Source: an uncultured Verrucomicrobiae bacterium
GTDB lineage: Bacteria > Verrucomicrobiota > Verrucomicrobiia > Limisphaerales > UBA11358
Direction of reading: 5' to 3'
DNA: 64,000 bases
NCBI GenBank assembly: GCA_963789335.1
Contig: CAWBKH010000005.1
Coordinates: forward strand, 273,948 to 337,947
Shown here: in pieces, positions 46,961-55,174 of the stretch
How positions within the stretch are numbered: the stretch's first letter is position 1
How the letters are laid out: each line of letters opens with the position of its first letter
Program-made: the position numbers and the translations under genes
The notes under the pieces: generated by a model
The model's database searches: none
What the model saw: the letters and a program-made list of their open reading frames with translations, nothing else
What the model was told of the DNA's origin: nothing

Positions 46961-48604
46961 TTACGGCGGCTGCAGGCGGAAGAACTGGCTGGTGTTGGTC
47001 GCGGCGACCACAACCTGGTTTTGGCCGTTCATCACCACCGGCACCGGATTATTCGTGCTCCAAACGACAGGCGAAGTCAGATTGGTCGCCGAGGCCAGCA
47101 CAAACCCATCCGGGTAAATTGGCCATGAGAGCAACAGGTTGCCGCCGGAGGGCGCGAGTTTCAGGAATGTTGAGGAAAATTCCCAGGCCAGGGCGTAGGT
47201 TTCCGAATAGCTGACAATGGTTGCGTTGGGAATGCCACCGGCCTTCCAGACCTGCAAGTCGTAGCGGCCGGGCGCGAGTTTCGGAACAAAAATGTGCTCA
47301 ACGTTGTCCACGAGGCTGGTGCTGCTCGCAACGAGGTTGCTGTTGGCGGCGTTGTATAAAAACAGATTGAGATTGTTGATGTTTGTCTGGTTCTGCTGGC
47401 GGTTCCAAACCAGTGTCGCCGTGGCGGTGAAGGCGGCGTTGTTGAAGCCGTTGGTGACGTTGAAATAATAATGATTTATCTCGTCGGAAGCGCTGCTGCT
47501 GGAATTGGTGTTAAAATCCCAGCCGCTCAACTCGCTGATGGTGCCGCTCGCGCCGGCAGGCGGATGCGGATTGCCGGTGGGAACGCTGGTGGCAACGATA
47601 TAACCGTGCTTGCCGCCGGCGAGTTGTTCGTAGGAATTCAAGACATTTAGTATGCCCGCCCCATAACGCGTGTCGAGTGGCGATGGAGGAACGTTCGTCC
47701 ACCCCACGGGTTTGACGGCACCGTTGAGGAGCAATGCTTTCACCGTTCGGATGTCAGCGGCGGAATTGGTCGCGGCGCCACCATCCCCGCGCAATCCCGC
47801 CTGGATCAGAAGCGCCGCCGAGCCGCTGACTTCCGGCGTGGACCAACTCGTGGCGTTTTGGGGCGTGGTGATGTCTGGTTTGGCCCGGCCATTGTCTAAT
47901 GTCGGCCCGTAACTCGACCCGCCGCCGTAATCACCGACGCCGATGCCGTTGTAACACGTCGCCGGCGGACACACGCGCGCCGGAGTGGCCGGAATGTTGT
48001 TGCCCGCGCCCGAAACAAAAAGCGTGTTGTATTGAGCAGCGTAGTTATCGTACGCAGTGTCAATTGCCTCTTGAATGTTCGTTGAGACGCTATTGGTGGC
48101 ATCGGCAAAAACGAAACTCTGATTCACAACGGAATCTTCAATATTGGAAGAAGGCAGTGAAGCGGTATAATTTGTCACGCCGGGAAGAGGCACAGAATAA
48201 AAAATCTGAATGAAATAGTTCGCATCATAATTGTCAACGTGCGCCACATTGGTGGCTACGCCGGATGGCAATCCATAAAAATTCGAGGCTACGTCGTCCG
48301 CGTGTTGTGATTCATCGCCCAAGGCGTTAGGATAATAATTCGTGGAGCCGCTGCTGGTGATGTAGGTAAAAAGATTTGTCGGTTGCTCGACGGTATTGGT
48401 TCCAGGATTTACTTCAAAATACGGCGCGCCTGCTTCCGTTTGCGCGACACGAATGCCGGCGCCATTCAGGTTTGTGGTTACCGTCCGTAATAGCGTGACG
48501 CCGATGCTGTCGAGATAGGACGCGCGGGCAGTCGAGCCTATTTGTATCCCTCCCGAGAGAACAAGCAAAACCCGGATCATTCGCAAACAACGCGCTACTT
48601 TCAT
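46961..48604 (-). CDS. Secreted subtilase-like (S8) protein with shared C-terminal domain
   Basis: Signal peptide. HADDVAS (His region), SGAGNN (oxyanion Asn), ATSWSTPEVSGSAALL (Ser motif). The expected Asp motif reads IRVAQTEAG. Tail ends QFFRLQPP. Confidence 0.65.
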   Translation of the reverse strand: MKVARCLRMIRVLLVLSGGIQIGSTARASYLDSIGVTLLRTVTTNLNGAGIRVAQTEAGAPYFEVNPGTNTVEQPTNLFTYITSSGSTNYYPNALGDESQHADDVASNFYGLPSGVATNVAHVDNYDANYFIQIFYSVPLPGVTNYTASLPSSNIEDSVVNQSFVFADATNSVSTNIQEAIDTAYDNYAAQYNTLFVSGAGNNIPATPARVCPPATCYNGIGVGDYGGGSSYGPTLDNGRAKPDITTPQNATSWSTPEVSGSAALLIQAGLRGDGGAATNSAADIRTVKALLLNGAVKPVGWTNVPPSPLDTRYGAGILNVLNSYEQLAGGKHGYIVATSVPTGNPHPPAGASGTISELSGWDFNTNSSSSASDEINHYYFNVTNGFNNAAFTATATLVWNRQQNQTNINNLNLFLYNAANSNLVASSTSLVDNVEHIFVPKLAPGRYDLQVWKAGGIPNATIVSYSETYALAWEFSSTFLKLAPSGGNLLLSWPIYPDGFVLASATNLTSPVVWSTNNPVPVVMNGQNQVVVAATNTSQFFRLQPP

Positions 48605-48675
48605 CGGTTTTCAAACACCATATGAGCACGTTTCATGCTCAAAAGTCCAGCTTTTTAATCTGAATCCCGATTTTC

Positions 48676-48712
48676 GCCGGGTTCTATGAGTCTGGCTGAA
48701 AAATAAAACTGG
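48676..48712 (+). promoter_or_regulatory. Candidate preQ1-I riboswitch aptamer upstream of queE
   Basis: GCCGG-GUUCUAUGAGU-CUGGC stem-loop followed by the A-rich tail UGAAAAAUAAAACUGG. It resembles the B. subtilis-type AGAGGUUCUAGCUACACCCUCUAUAAAAAACUAA as I recall it. A weak hairpin plus U-run follows at 48706-48730. Confidence 0.35.
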
Positions 48713-48755
48713 CGGCACAGTTTCCTTTTTACACCAACGCATTACACTTCAAACG

Positions 48756-49499
48756 ATGTCCGACACGCTCGTTATCAACGAAATCTATCTGAGCCTGCAG
48801 GGGGAGAGCACCTTTGCCGGCTTGCCCTGCATTTTCATCCGGCTCACCGCCTGCAATCTGCGCTGCTCCTATTGCGATACCGCCTACGCCTTCACTGAAG
48901 GTAAAAAAATGTTGCCGACGGAAGTCCTGACGAAAGTCCGCGAATTGGCCGAGCCATTCAAAAACTCGTCACTCGTCACTCGTCACTCGTCACTGCCTTT
49001 GGTCGAACTGACCGGCGGCGAGCCGTTGCTCCAAAAAAATTGTTTACCGTTGATGCGGCAACTTTGTGACGACGGCTTTGCCGTGCTGCTTGAAACCAGC
49101 GGCGCGCACGATATTTCTCAAGTGGACCCGCGCGTCCGTCGCATCATGGATTTGAAATGCCCCAGCAGCGGCGAAGTGGAACGCAACCATTGGGAAAATC
49201 TCAAGCATCTCAAAGCCACCGACGAGATCAAATTCGTCATCGGCACGCAGCGGGATTACGATTGGACGAAACAGGTAATTGCCGAGCATAAACTGGCTGC
49301 GATTTGTCCGTTGCTGATTTCGTGGGTGCATCCGCTGTCGCCGGAGCAGCAGGACCAATCGTTGAAAAGAGTTCCGGCGGGACAAACGCCGATTTCGCGG
49401 CGCGAGTTGGCGGAAAAAATCATTGCCGACGCCTTGCCGGTGCGTTTTCAAATTCAGATGCACAAAGTAATTTGGCCGCCGGAACAACGCGGGGTTTAG
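48756..49499 (+). CDS. queE: 7-carboxy-7-deazaguanine synthase (radical SAM)
   Basis: INEIYLSLQGES...CNLRCSYCDT...LTGGEPLLQ. Confidence 0.9.
   Translation: MSDTLVINEIYLSLQGESTFAGLPCIFIRLTACNLRCSYCDTAYAFTEGKKMLPTEVLTKVRELAEPFKNSSLVTRHSSLPLVELTGGEPLLQKNCLPLMRQLCDDGFAVLLETSGAHDISQVDPRVRRIMDLKCPSSGEVERNHWENLKHLKATDEIKFVIGTQRDYDWTKQVIAEHKLAAICPLLISWVHPLSPEQQDQSLKRVPAGQTPISRRELAEKIIADALPVRFQIQMHKVIWPPEQRGV
48964..48995 (+). repeat. Heptamer array ACTCGTC x4 (plus a partial) inside queE
   Basis: actcgtc x4 perfect, encoding SLVTRHSSL in frame. Confidence 0.9.
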
Positions 49500-49501
49500 A
49501 A

Positions 49502-49576
49502 ATTTACGATTTACCATTCACGATTTACGATTGACCGACACGGCAGCGCGTGAACCGTAAATCGCAAATCATAAAT
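49502..49576. repeat. Inverted heptamer arrays (ATTTACG x5, 19-nt spacer, CGTAAAT x3) between queE and the aminotransferase gene
   Basis: atttacg atttacc attcacg atttacg attgacc ... cgtaaat cgcaaat cataaat, then tc GTG. Confidence 0.85.
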
Positions 49577-49578
49577 TC

Positions 49579-50892
49579 GTGACCGAAACCAAACAAATTC
49601 TGCGACGGCTGCAAGACTTTGAGTCGCGTAATGTCGTTTTCATCGAGCAGGACGGCACTTGGCCAATCGTTTGGGACCGCGCCAGGGGTGCGCACGTTTG
49701 GGACGCCGACGGGAAAAAGTACCTTGATTTGACTGGGGCGTTTGGCGTGACCGCCGCCGGTCACGCCAATCCGCGCGTGGTGAAAGCCGGGCAAAGACAA
49801 CTGGCCCGGCTGCCGCACGCGATGGGCGACGTGCATCCCCACCCGCGCAAGGCCGAACTCGCGCGCGAATTGAGCCGCCTCACTTTCGAACGGTGGACAA
49901 AATCCCCGAATGCCGGACGCCGGACGACAAACTTGATTCGTGGCAAAACCATTTTCAGCAATTCGGGCTTCGAAGCCGTCGAATCCGCCCTCAAAACCGC
50001 CGTGCTGGCCACGCGCAAGCAAGGCATCATCGCTTTCACCGGCGCGTATCACGGACTCGGCTACGGCGCGCTCAACGTGACGCATCGCGATTTTTTCCGC
50101 GGCCCGTTCCATAACCAGCTTCGCGAGTTTGGGCGTTTTGTCCAGTTTCCGTCAAAGACCGGCGAACTTGCCGCTGTCGAAAGGGCGATCCGACGCGTTT
50201 TGCGACGCGAACGAACCGGCGCGATTCTGGTCGAACCGGTGCAGGCCCGGGGCGGCATCAACGTTCCGCCGAAGGAATTTCTGCCGATGCTCCGAAGGCT
50301 TTGTGACGACCACAACGCACTGCTGATTCTCGACGAAATTTACACTGGCTTCGGCCGGACCGGCAAAGGGTTTGCCTGCGAACACAGCGGCGTGGTGCCC
50401 GACCTCATCTGCCTGGGCAAGGCGTTGACCGGCGGCTTTCCGCTGTCGGCGTGCGTCGGGCGCGCGGACCTCATGGACGCCGCCTGGCCGGAATCGCGCG
50501 GTGAAGCGATTCATACCAGCACGTTTCTGGGCAATCCAGTCGGCTGCGCGATGGCGCTGGCGCAAATCAAGGAAATTGAGCGGCTTGACCTTTGCCAACG
50601 TAGCGCGCAACTCGGGGAGTTTTTACTCGGCGAATTGTCCAAAGTCCAAAGTCCAAAGTTCAAGGTTGAAGCGCGCGGTTTGGGTCTGATGGCCGGCCTC
50701 GAATTGCGGTTGCCCAACGGCAAACCGGCGACCGAAGCCGCGATGCAGGCCGTCAAAAACATGTTGCATCGCGGTTTCATTCTTTTGCCGGAAGGCGAAC
50801 ACGCTAACGTCATCAGCTTCACGCCACCGTTGACCATCACCAAGACACAATTGCAACTAACCGTAAAAACGTTGGCCGACGTGTTAATATGA
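49579..50892 (+). CDS. Class III (acetylornithine/GABA-type) PLP aminotransferase
   Basis: [24 protein letters not shown] (PLP Lys), [15 protein letters not shown] start. Confidence 0.85.
   Translation: MTETKQILRRLQDFESRNVVFIEQDGTWPIVWDRARGAHVWDADGKKYLDLTGAFGVTAAGHANPRVVKAGQRQLARLPHAMGDVHPHPRKAELARELSRLTFERWTKSPNAGRRTTNLIRGKTIFSNSGFEAVESALKTAVLATRKQGIIAFTGAYHGLGYGALNVTHRDFFRGPFHNQLREFGRFVQFPSKTGELAAVERAIRRVLRRERTGAILVEPVQARGGINVPPKEFLPMLRRLCDDHNALLILDEIYTGFGRTGKGFACEHSGVVPDLICLGKALTGGFPLSACVGRADLMDAAWPESRGEAIHTSTFLGNPVGCAMALAQIKEIERLDLCQRSAQLGEFLLGELSKVQSPKFKVEARGLGLMAGLELRLPNGKPATEAAMQAVKNMLHRGFILLPEGEHANVISFTPPLTITKTQLQLTVKTLADVLI
50641..50668 (+). repeat. Heptamer array AAAGTCC x2 plus two degenerate units inside the aminotransferase CDS
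   Basis: aaagtcc aaagtcc aaagttc aaggttg, encoding KVQSPKFKV. Confidence 0.85.
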
Positions 50893-50911
50893 ACCGTGAA
50901 TATTGTTGGGT

Positions 50912-50994
50912 AGCGCCCGCGTCTCGCGGGCTGATTTCGGCGTCGCGCCGAAATCGTTTTGGACGGCAAAATGGTTCAGGCGGGACGCCTGAAC
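50912..50994. repeat. Cluster of three REP-like GC hairpins
   Basis: agcgcccgcg-tct-cgcgggct; gatttcggcg-tcg-cgccgaaatc; ggttcaggcg-gga-cgcctgaacc. Confidence 0.75.
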
Positions 50995-51031
50995 CCACCC
51001 GCCGGAGGCAGGTGCCACCTCAAATCCTTTG

Positions 51032-51895
51032 ATGAAACTGTCCGAGATGCGGGAGCTGCTGGCGACGCGCGGGATTCAACTGACGAAATCCCTCGGCCAG
51101 AATTTTCTGCACGACGGCAATCAGTTGCGGCGGATCATTGAGGCCGCGGCATTGACCGAAAACGACAAGGTTCTTGAAATCGGGCCGGGGTTGGGACCGC
51201 TGACCGAACTGCTTCTGGAAAGCGCGGGCGAAGTTCTCGCTATTGAGAAAGACGCGCGGATCGTGGAGTTTTTGCGCGAACGATTTGGTTCGGAGTCCCG
51301 GCTTCAGCCGGCCAGACCGCCTGAAGGCGGAACTCGAAACTTGAATTTGCTTCACGCCGACGCGCTGGAATTTCTAAAACGCGAGCCACGGGACTGGAGC
51401 GGCTGGAGACTCGTTGCTAACCTGCCGTATTCCGTCGCTTCGCCGATTTTGGTGGAACTGGCACAAGGCGGTCGCGCGCCGGAAAAAATTATTGCGACGT
51501 TGCAGCTCGAAGTCGCCCGGCGGCTCATGGTTAAAGCCGGCGACAAAGATTACGGCGTGCTGACGCTGTTGATTCAACTCGATTACGAGCCGCGCGACTG
51601 CTTCAAAATCCCAAAGAGTTGCTTCTTCCCTGAACCGGAAGTGGATTCGGCTTGCGTGGTTTTGGAACACCGTGCTGCACCGCTTTTGCCGAATAACCAA
51701 CGCGATATTTTTGTGAAAATTGTGAAGCGCGCTTTTTCACAACGGCGGAAAATGATGCTTAAATTACTCCGCGAAGATTGGCCGACGGAGAAATTGGAGC
51801 GGGCGTTTGAAGAATTGAAGATCTCGCCGCAGGAACGCGCAGAGAAATTCAGTTTGGAACAATTTGTTAAATTGGTAAAAAACCTGGCGGACTAA
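51032..51895 (+). CDS. rsmA: 16S rRNA (adenine1518/1519-N6)-dimethyltransferase
   Basis: LGQNFL, EIGPGLGPLT, ANLPYSVASP. Contains an extra hairpin-encoded segment (see the repeat at 51302). Confidence 0.9.
   Translation: MKLSEMRELLATRGIQLTKSLGQNFLHDGNQLRRIIEAAALTENDKVLEIGPGLGPLTELLLESAGEVLAIEKDARIVEFLRERFGSESRLQPARPPEGGTRNLNLLHADALEFLKREPRDWSGWRLVANLPYSVASPILVELAQGGRAPEKIIATLQLEVARRLMVKAGDKDYGVLTLLIQLDYEPRDCFKIPKSCFFPEPEVDSACVVLEHRAAPLLPNNQRDIFVKIVKRAFSQRRKMMLKLLREDWPTEKLERAFEELKISPQERAEKFSLEQFVKLVKNLAD
51302..51344. repeat. REP module (twin hairpins) inside the rsmA CDS
   Basis: ccggcTTCAgccgg ccaga ccgccTGAAggcgg aactcgaaac. The last 24 nt match the reverse complement of 20300-20323 at 22/24. 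Confidence 0.8.
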
Positions 51896-51902
51896 AACAC
51901 CC

Positions 51903-51961
51903 GGGAGGGTTGCGGTGTCGGCGACCCTGATTTTTGGGGACGGCGACACGCCGTCCCTCCC
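51903..51961. repeat. REP-like hairpin element between rsmA and the Nudix gene
   Basis: gggacggcg-aca-cgccgtccc (51937-51957), bracketed by gggaggg / ccctccc. Confidence 0.7.
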
Positions 51962-51966
51962 AAAAA

Positions 51967-52476
51967 ATGAGCGAAGAAATTTTCGATGTCGTCAACGAGC
52001 GCGATGAGGTAATTGATGCCAAGCCGCGCAGCGAGGTCCATCGGCTGGGCTTGTTACACCGCGCCATTCATGTGCTCGTGTTCAATTCGCGCGGCCAAAC
52101 CTTTCTTCAGAAACGTTCGATGAGTAAGGACCGCGAGGCGGGCAAATGGGATTCCGCGTCATCCGGGCACGTGGATTCCAGCGAGGATTACGACGCCTGC
52201 GCCGTGCGCGAATTGCGCGAGGAAATCGGCCTGCGGCTCGTGCGTCCGCCGGAACGTCTGTTCAAAATAGATGCGTGCGCGGAGACGGATCAGGAATTTG
52301 TCTGGGTTTATCGCTGCAAAGCAGAAGGGCCGTTTCGGTTGCATCCGGGCGAAATCGAGCGCGGCGGATGGTTTGCGCCGGAAAACGTGACGCGCTGGAT
52401 TGCCGAACGCCCGGAGGATTTCGCCGGCGCGTTCCGGTTCATCTGGCAAAAGTATTCAGTCACGGATGGAAAATAA
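51967..52476 (+). CDS. Nudix hydrolase
   Basis: Nudix box GHVDSSEDYDACAVRELREEIGL. Start at ATG 51967, downstream of the REP. Confidence 0.85.
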   Translation: MSEEIFDVVNERDEVIDAKPRSEVHRLGLLHRAIHVLVFNSRGQTFLQKRSMSKDREAGKWDSASSGHVDSSEDYDACAVRELREEIGLRLVRPPERLFKIDACAETDQEFVWVYRCKAEGPFRLHPGEIERGGWFAPENVTRWIAERPEDFAGAFRFIWQKYSVTDGK

Positions 52477-52562
52477 ATTTCTTAGGGAATCTCTCAGGTC
52501 TCTGCGCTTTGGCGTGAGGTTTGCTTCTTTACTTGCGGTGAAAATGGAGTAGTTATAGTGCC

Positions 52563-53192
52563 ATGCAAAATTTTTTAGTTCCAATTGTGGTCGAGCAGAC
52601 CGGACGCGGCGAGCGGACGTGGGACATTTACTCGCGCCTGCTGGTGGACCGCATTATTTTTCTCGGCACGGCGGTGGATGACACGGTGTCCAACATCATT
52701 ATTGCCCAGTTGCTTTTTCTTCAGATGTCCGATGCCAAGAAAGACATCCATATTTACATCAATTCGCCAGGCGGCAGTGTCACCGCCGGGCTGGCGATTT
52801 ACGACACCATGCAATATCTGACCTGCGACGTGAACACCTACTGCGTCGGGCAGGCGGCGAGCATGGGGGCGGTGCTGCTGGCGGCGGGTGCCAAGGGCAA
52901 ACGCTATGCGCTGCCCAACGCGCGCATCCTCATTCATCAGCCGTGGGGCGGCGTGCAAGGCCAGGCCAGCGACATCAGCATTCAGGCGAAGGAGATTTTA
53001 AGGCTCAAGGACCGGCTCAACGAAATTCTCGGCAAGCATTGCGGGCGCAAAGTTGAGGAACTCGCGCGCGACACCGACCGAGACCGCTTCATGTCCGCCG
53101 AGGAGGCGAAGGAATACGGCCTGGTGGATCACGTGGTGCAATCGCAAAAGGAAATTCCCGGCGCGGTGGAAAAAACTTCGGTGGGCACATGA
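52563..53192 (+). CDS. clpP: ATP-dependent Clp protease proteolytic subunit
   Basis: RIIFLGT..., [11 protein letters not shown] and IHQP catalytic context. Confidence 0.95.
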   Translation: MQNFLVPIVVEQTGRGERTWDIYSRLLVDRIIFLGTAVDDTVSNIIIAQLLFLQMSDAKKDIHIYINSPGGSVTAGLAIYDTMQYLTCDVNTYCVGQAASMGAVLLAAGAKGKRYALPNARILIHQPWGGVQGQASDISIQAKEILRLKDRLNEILGKHCGRKVEELARDTDRDRFMSAEEAKEYGLVDHVVQSQKEIPGAVEKTSVGT

Positions 53193-53274
53193 GGGATAAA
53201 ATTATTTTGGAGTTTAATTCCGCCGGGTGGGATGGTTCATCGCGGAACACGTTAAACGTGAACTTTTGCGAATA

Positions 53275-53307
53275 TCGCCAATCATAAATCGTAAATCGTA
53301 AATTCAC
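53275..53307. repeat. Heptamer array (TCGTAAA family) abutting the clpX start
   Basis: tcgccaa tcataaa tcgtaaa tcgtaaa ttcac ATG. Confidence 0.85.
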
Positions 53308-54588
53308 ATGGCTCGCCCAAACAACCTCACGATGTGCAGTTTCTGCGGCAAGTCGCACGCGGAAGTTCGCAAGCTCATCGCCGGGCCGGGCGTTTACATC
53401 TGCGACAACTGCATCATCCTTTGCAAGAACGTCCTCGACCGCGAACTCGAGCTTCAGAACCAGAAAAAACAGCCGAAATTCACCATTCCCAAACCCGCTG
53501 AAATCAAACGGTTGCTGGACCTGCATTGTGTTGGCCAGGAACACGCAAAAAAAACCCTGGCCGTCGCGGTTCACAATCATTTCAAACGCATTCAGCAGGA
53601 CCCGGAGGCGGGATCTGCCGCAGGCAAGAGCAAGCATTCCGGTGTGGAAATTGAGAAGAGCAATATTTTGATGATCGGCCCGACCGGCTCCGGCAAGACA
53701 TTGCTGGCACGCACGCTCGCCAAAATTCTCGACGTGCCGTTCGCCATCGCCGACGCCACGACGCTCACCGAGGCCGGGTACGTGGGCGAGGACGTGGAGA
53801 ACATCATTTTGCGATTGCTGCAAAACTCGGATTACGACGTGAAGCGCGCCCAGCGCGGCATCGTTTACATTGACGAGATTGACAAGATTGCGCGCAAGGC
53901 CGACGGCCCGTCCATCACGCGCGACGTTTCCGGCGAAGGCGTGCAGCAGGCGCTGCTGAAAATCCTCGAAGGCACGGTTTGCAACGTGCCGCCCCAGGGC
54001 GGCCGCAAACATCCACAACAGGAATACATCCGCGTGGATACGACGGACATTTTGTTCATCTGCGGGGGGGCGTTTGTCGGTCTGGAAAAAGTCATTCACC
54101 GGCGGCTGGGCCGGCACGTCATGGGTTTTGGCGCCATTGGTGAGATGCAAAAGAACGGCCACGCCGCCGCGCGCGATCAAATTTTGCAGCACGCCGAGCC
54201 GGAGGATTTGCTGGACTACGGTTTCATTCCCGAATTCATCGGACGGCTGCCGGTGGTGACCACGCTGACCGAGTTGTCCGAAGATCAACTGGTTTCCATT
54301 CTCACCGAGACCAAGAACGCGCTGACCAAGCAATTCGCCAAGCTCATGGCGATGGAAGGCGTGGAATTGGAATTCACACCCGACGCGCTGCGCGAACTGG
54401 CGGTGCTGGCGCTTAAAAAGGGCACCGGCGCGCGCGCGCTGCGCGGTTTGATTGAGCGGCTGATGCTTGATGTGATGTACGACGCGCCCGGAAGCGGCGA
54501 CGTAGTTCACGTGAAAATCACGCGGTCTGTCGTGCTCGGTGAAACTCAGCCCATTGTGCGACGCAAGCCGGATCTGGAAGCGGCGTAA
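53308..54588 (+). CDS. clpX: ATP-dependent Clp protease ATP-binding subunit ClpX
   Basis: CSFCGK...CDNC zinc finger, GPTGSGKT, and the full AAA+ pattern. Confidence 0.95.
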   Translation: MARPNNLTMCSFCGKSHAEVRKLIAGPGVYICDNCIILCKNVLDRELELQNQKKQPKFTIPKPAEIKRLLDLHCVGQEHAKKTLAVAVHNHFKRIQQDPEAGSAAGKSKHSGVEIEKSNILMIGPTGSGKTLLARTLAKILDVPFAIADATTLTEAGYVGEDVENIILRLLQNSDYDVKRAQRGIVYIDEIDKIARKADGPSITRDVSGEGVQQALLKILEGTVCNVPPQGGRKHPQQEYIRVDTTDILFICGGAFVGLEKVIHRRLGRHVMGFGAIGEMQKNGHAAARDQILQHAEPEDLLDYGFIPEFIGRLPVVTTLTELSEDQLVSILTETKNALTKQFAKLMAMEGVELEFTPDALRELAVLALKKGTGARALRGLIERLMLDVMYDAPGSGDVVHVKITRSVVLGETQPIVRRKPDLEAA

Positions 54589-54760
54589 TCGAGTCGCATA
54601 AAAAGCCGGGGCGCTTTTTTCTTGCCGGTCGAAACAATTTCGGGAGTTCTTAAGGTCACTCGAATGAATTTGCCGTGTACTACCTTGGCTTCGAAGAATG
54701 TGCCGCTCACGGAAAGTCCGCTGCGTGATTTGGAGGCGATCATCCGTTCGCGCACACCGC

Positions 54761-55081
54761 TCATCGCGATGGAAAGCAATGAGGAATCTCGTCGGGCTGA
54801 CGGCGACTGACGCGCGGCGGCTGGCGTGCAAAGCCATTAGTTTCTCGCGCACGTTCTTCGGCTTGATTGGGATTAGAACAAAGAACGGACTCTAAAAAAT
54901 CGTGTGCCGCATTGATACGTTTGAGTTTTTCCTCATATTCCCGTTGTATTTGGGGAGCGCCAGGAAATAAATCGGGGTGCAATTTCTTCGCTAACAGGCG
55001 GCAAGCTTTTTTAACTTGGTGAAACGTAGAACTTAACGGCAAACCGAGAATTTCGTAGCAAGTTGCCGAATCAAAGTTCAT
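54761..55081 (-). CDS. J-domain (DnaJ-like) small protein
   Basis: CYEILGLPLSSTFHQVKKACRLLAKKLHPD...INAAHDFL. The C-terminal extent is uncertain. Confidence 0.6.
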   Translation of the reverse strand: MNFDSATCYEILGLPLSSTFHQVKKACRLLAKKLHPDLFPGAPQIQREYEEKLKRINAAHDFLESVLCSNPNQAEERARETNGFARQPPRVSRRQPDEIPHCFPSR

Positions 55082-55174
55082 TTCCGGAATGCCCGTTTTT
55101 ATGGCCGCATCTTTTTTGAAGGCGACCAAAACGCGAAAACCGCAAAATTATTTCGAACACCATTTCGGATTTCG

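Noticed and set aside
54622-54810. 62-aa ORF whose middle (LRDLEAIIRSRTPLIAMESNEE) resembles the N-terminus of a family of ~500-aa AAA+ ATPases.
   Set aside because: Only about 25 residues resemble the family, there are no Walker motifs, and the ORF overlaps the 3' part of the J-domain gene on the other strand. At best it is a tiny remnant, too weak to call as a feature.
53089-54852. 587-aa minus-strand ORF; similar long ORFs at 558-1502, 17422-17949, 29604-30515, 39885-41198, 43812-44795, 46138-47214, 60501-61895 and 62388-63734.
   Set aside because: All lie antisense to, or overlap, genes with unmistakable family motifs (clpX, the PP2C gene, aroC, GH30, the TPR genes, SDR, argA-like, the OM barrel). 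Their products are Arg/Gly/Pro-rich and low-complexity, which is typical of shadow ORFs in high-GC DNA.
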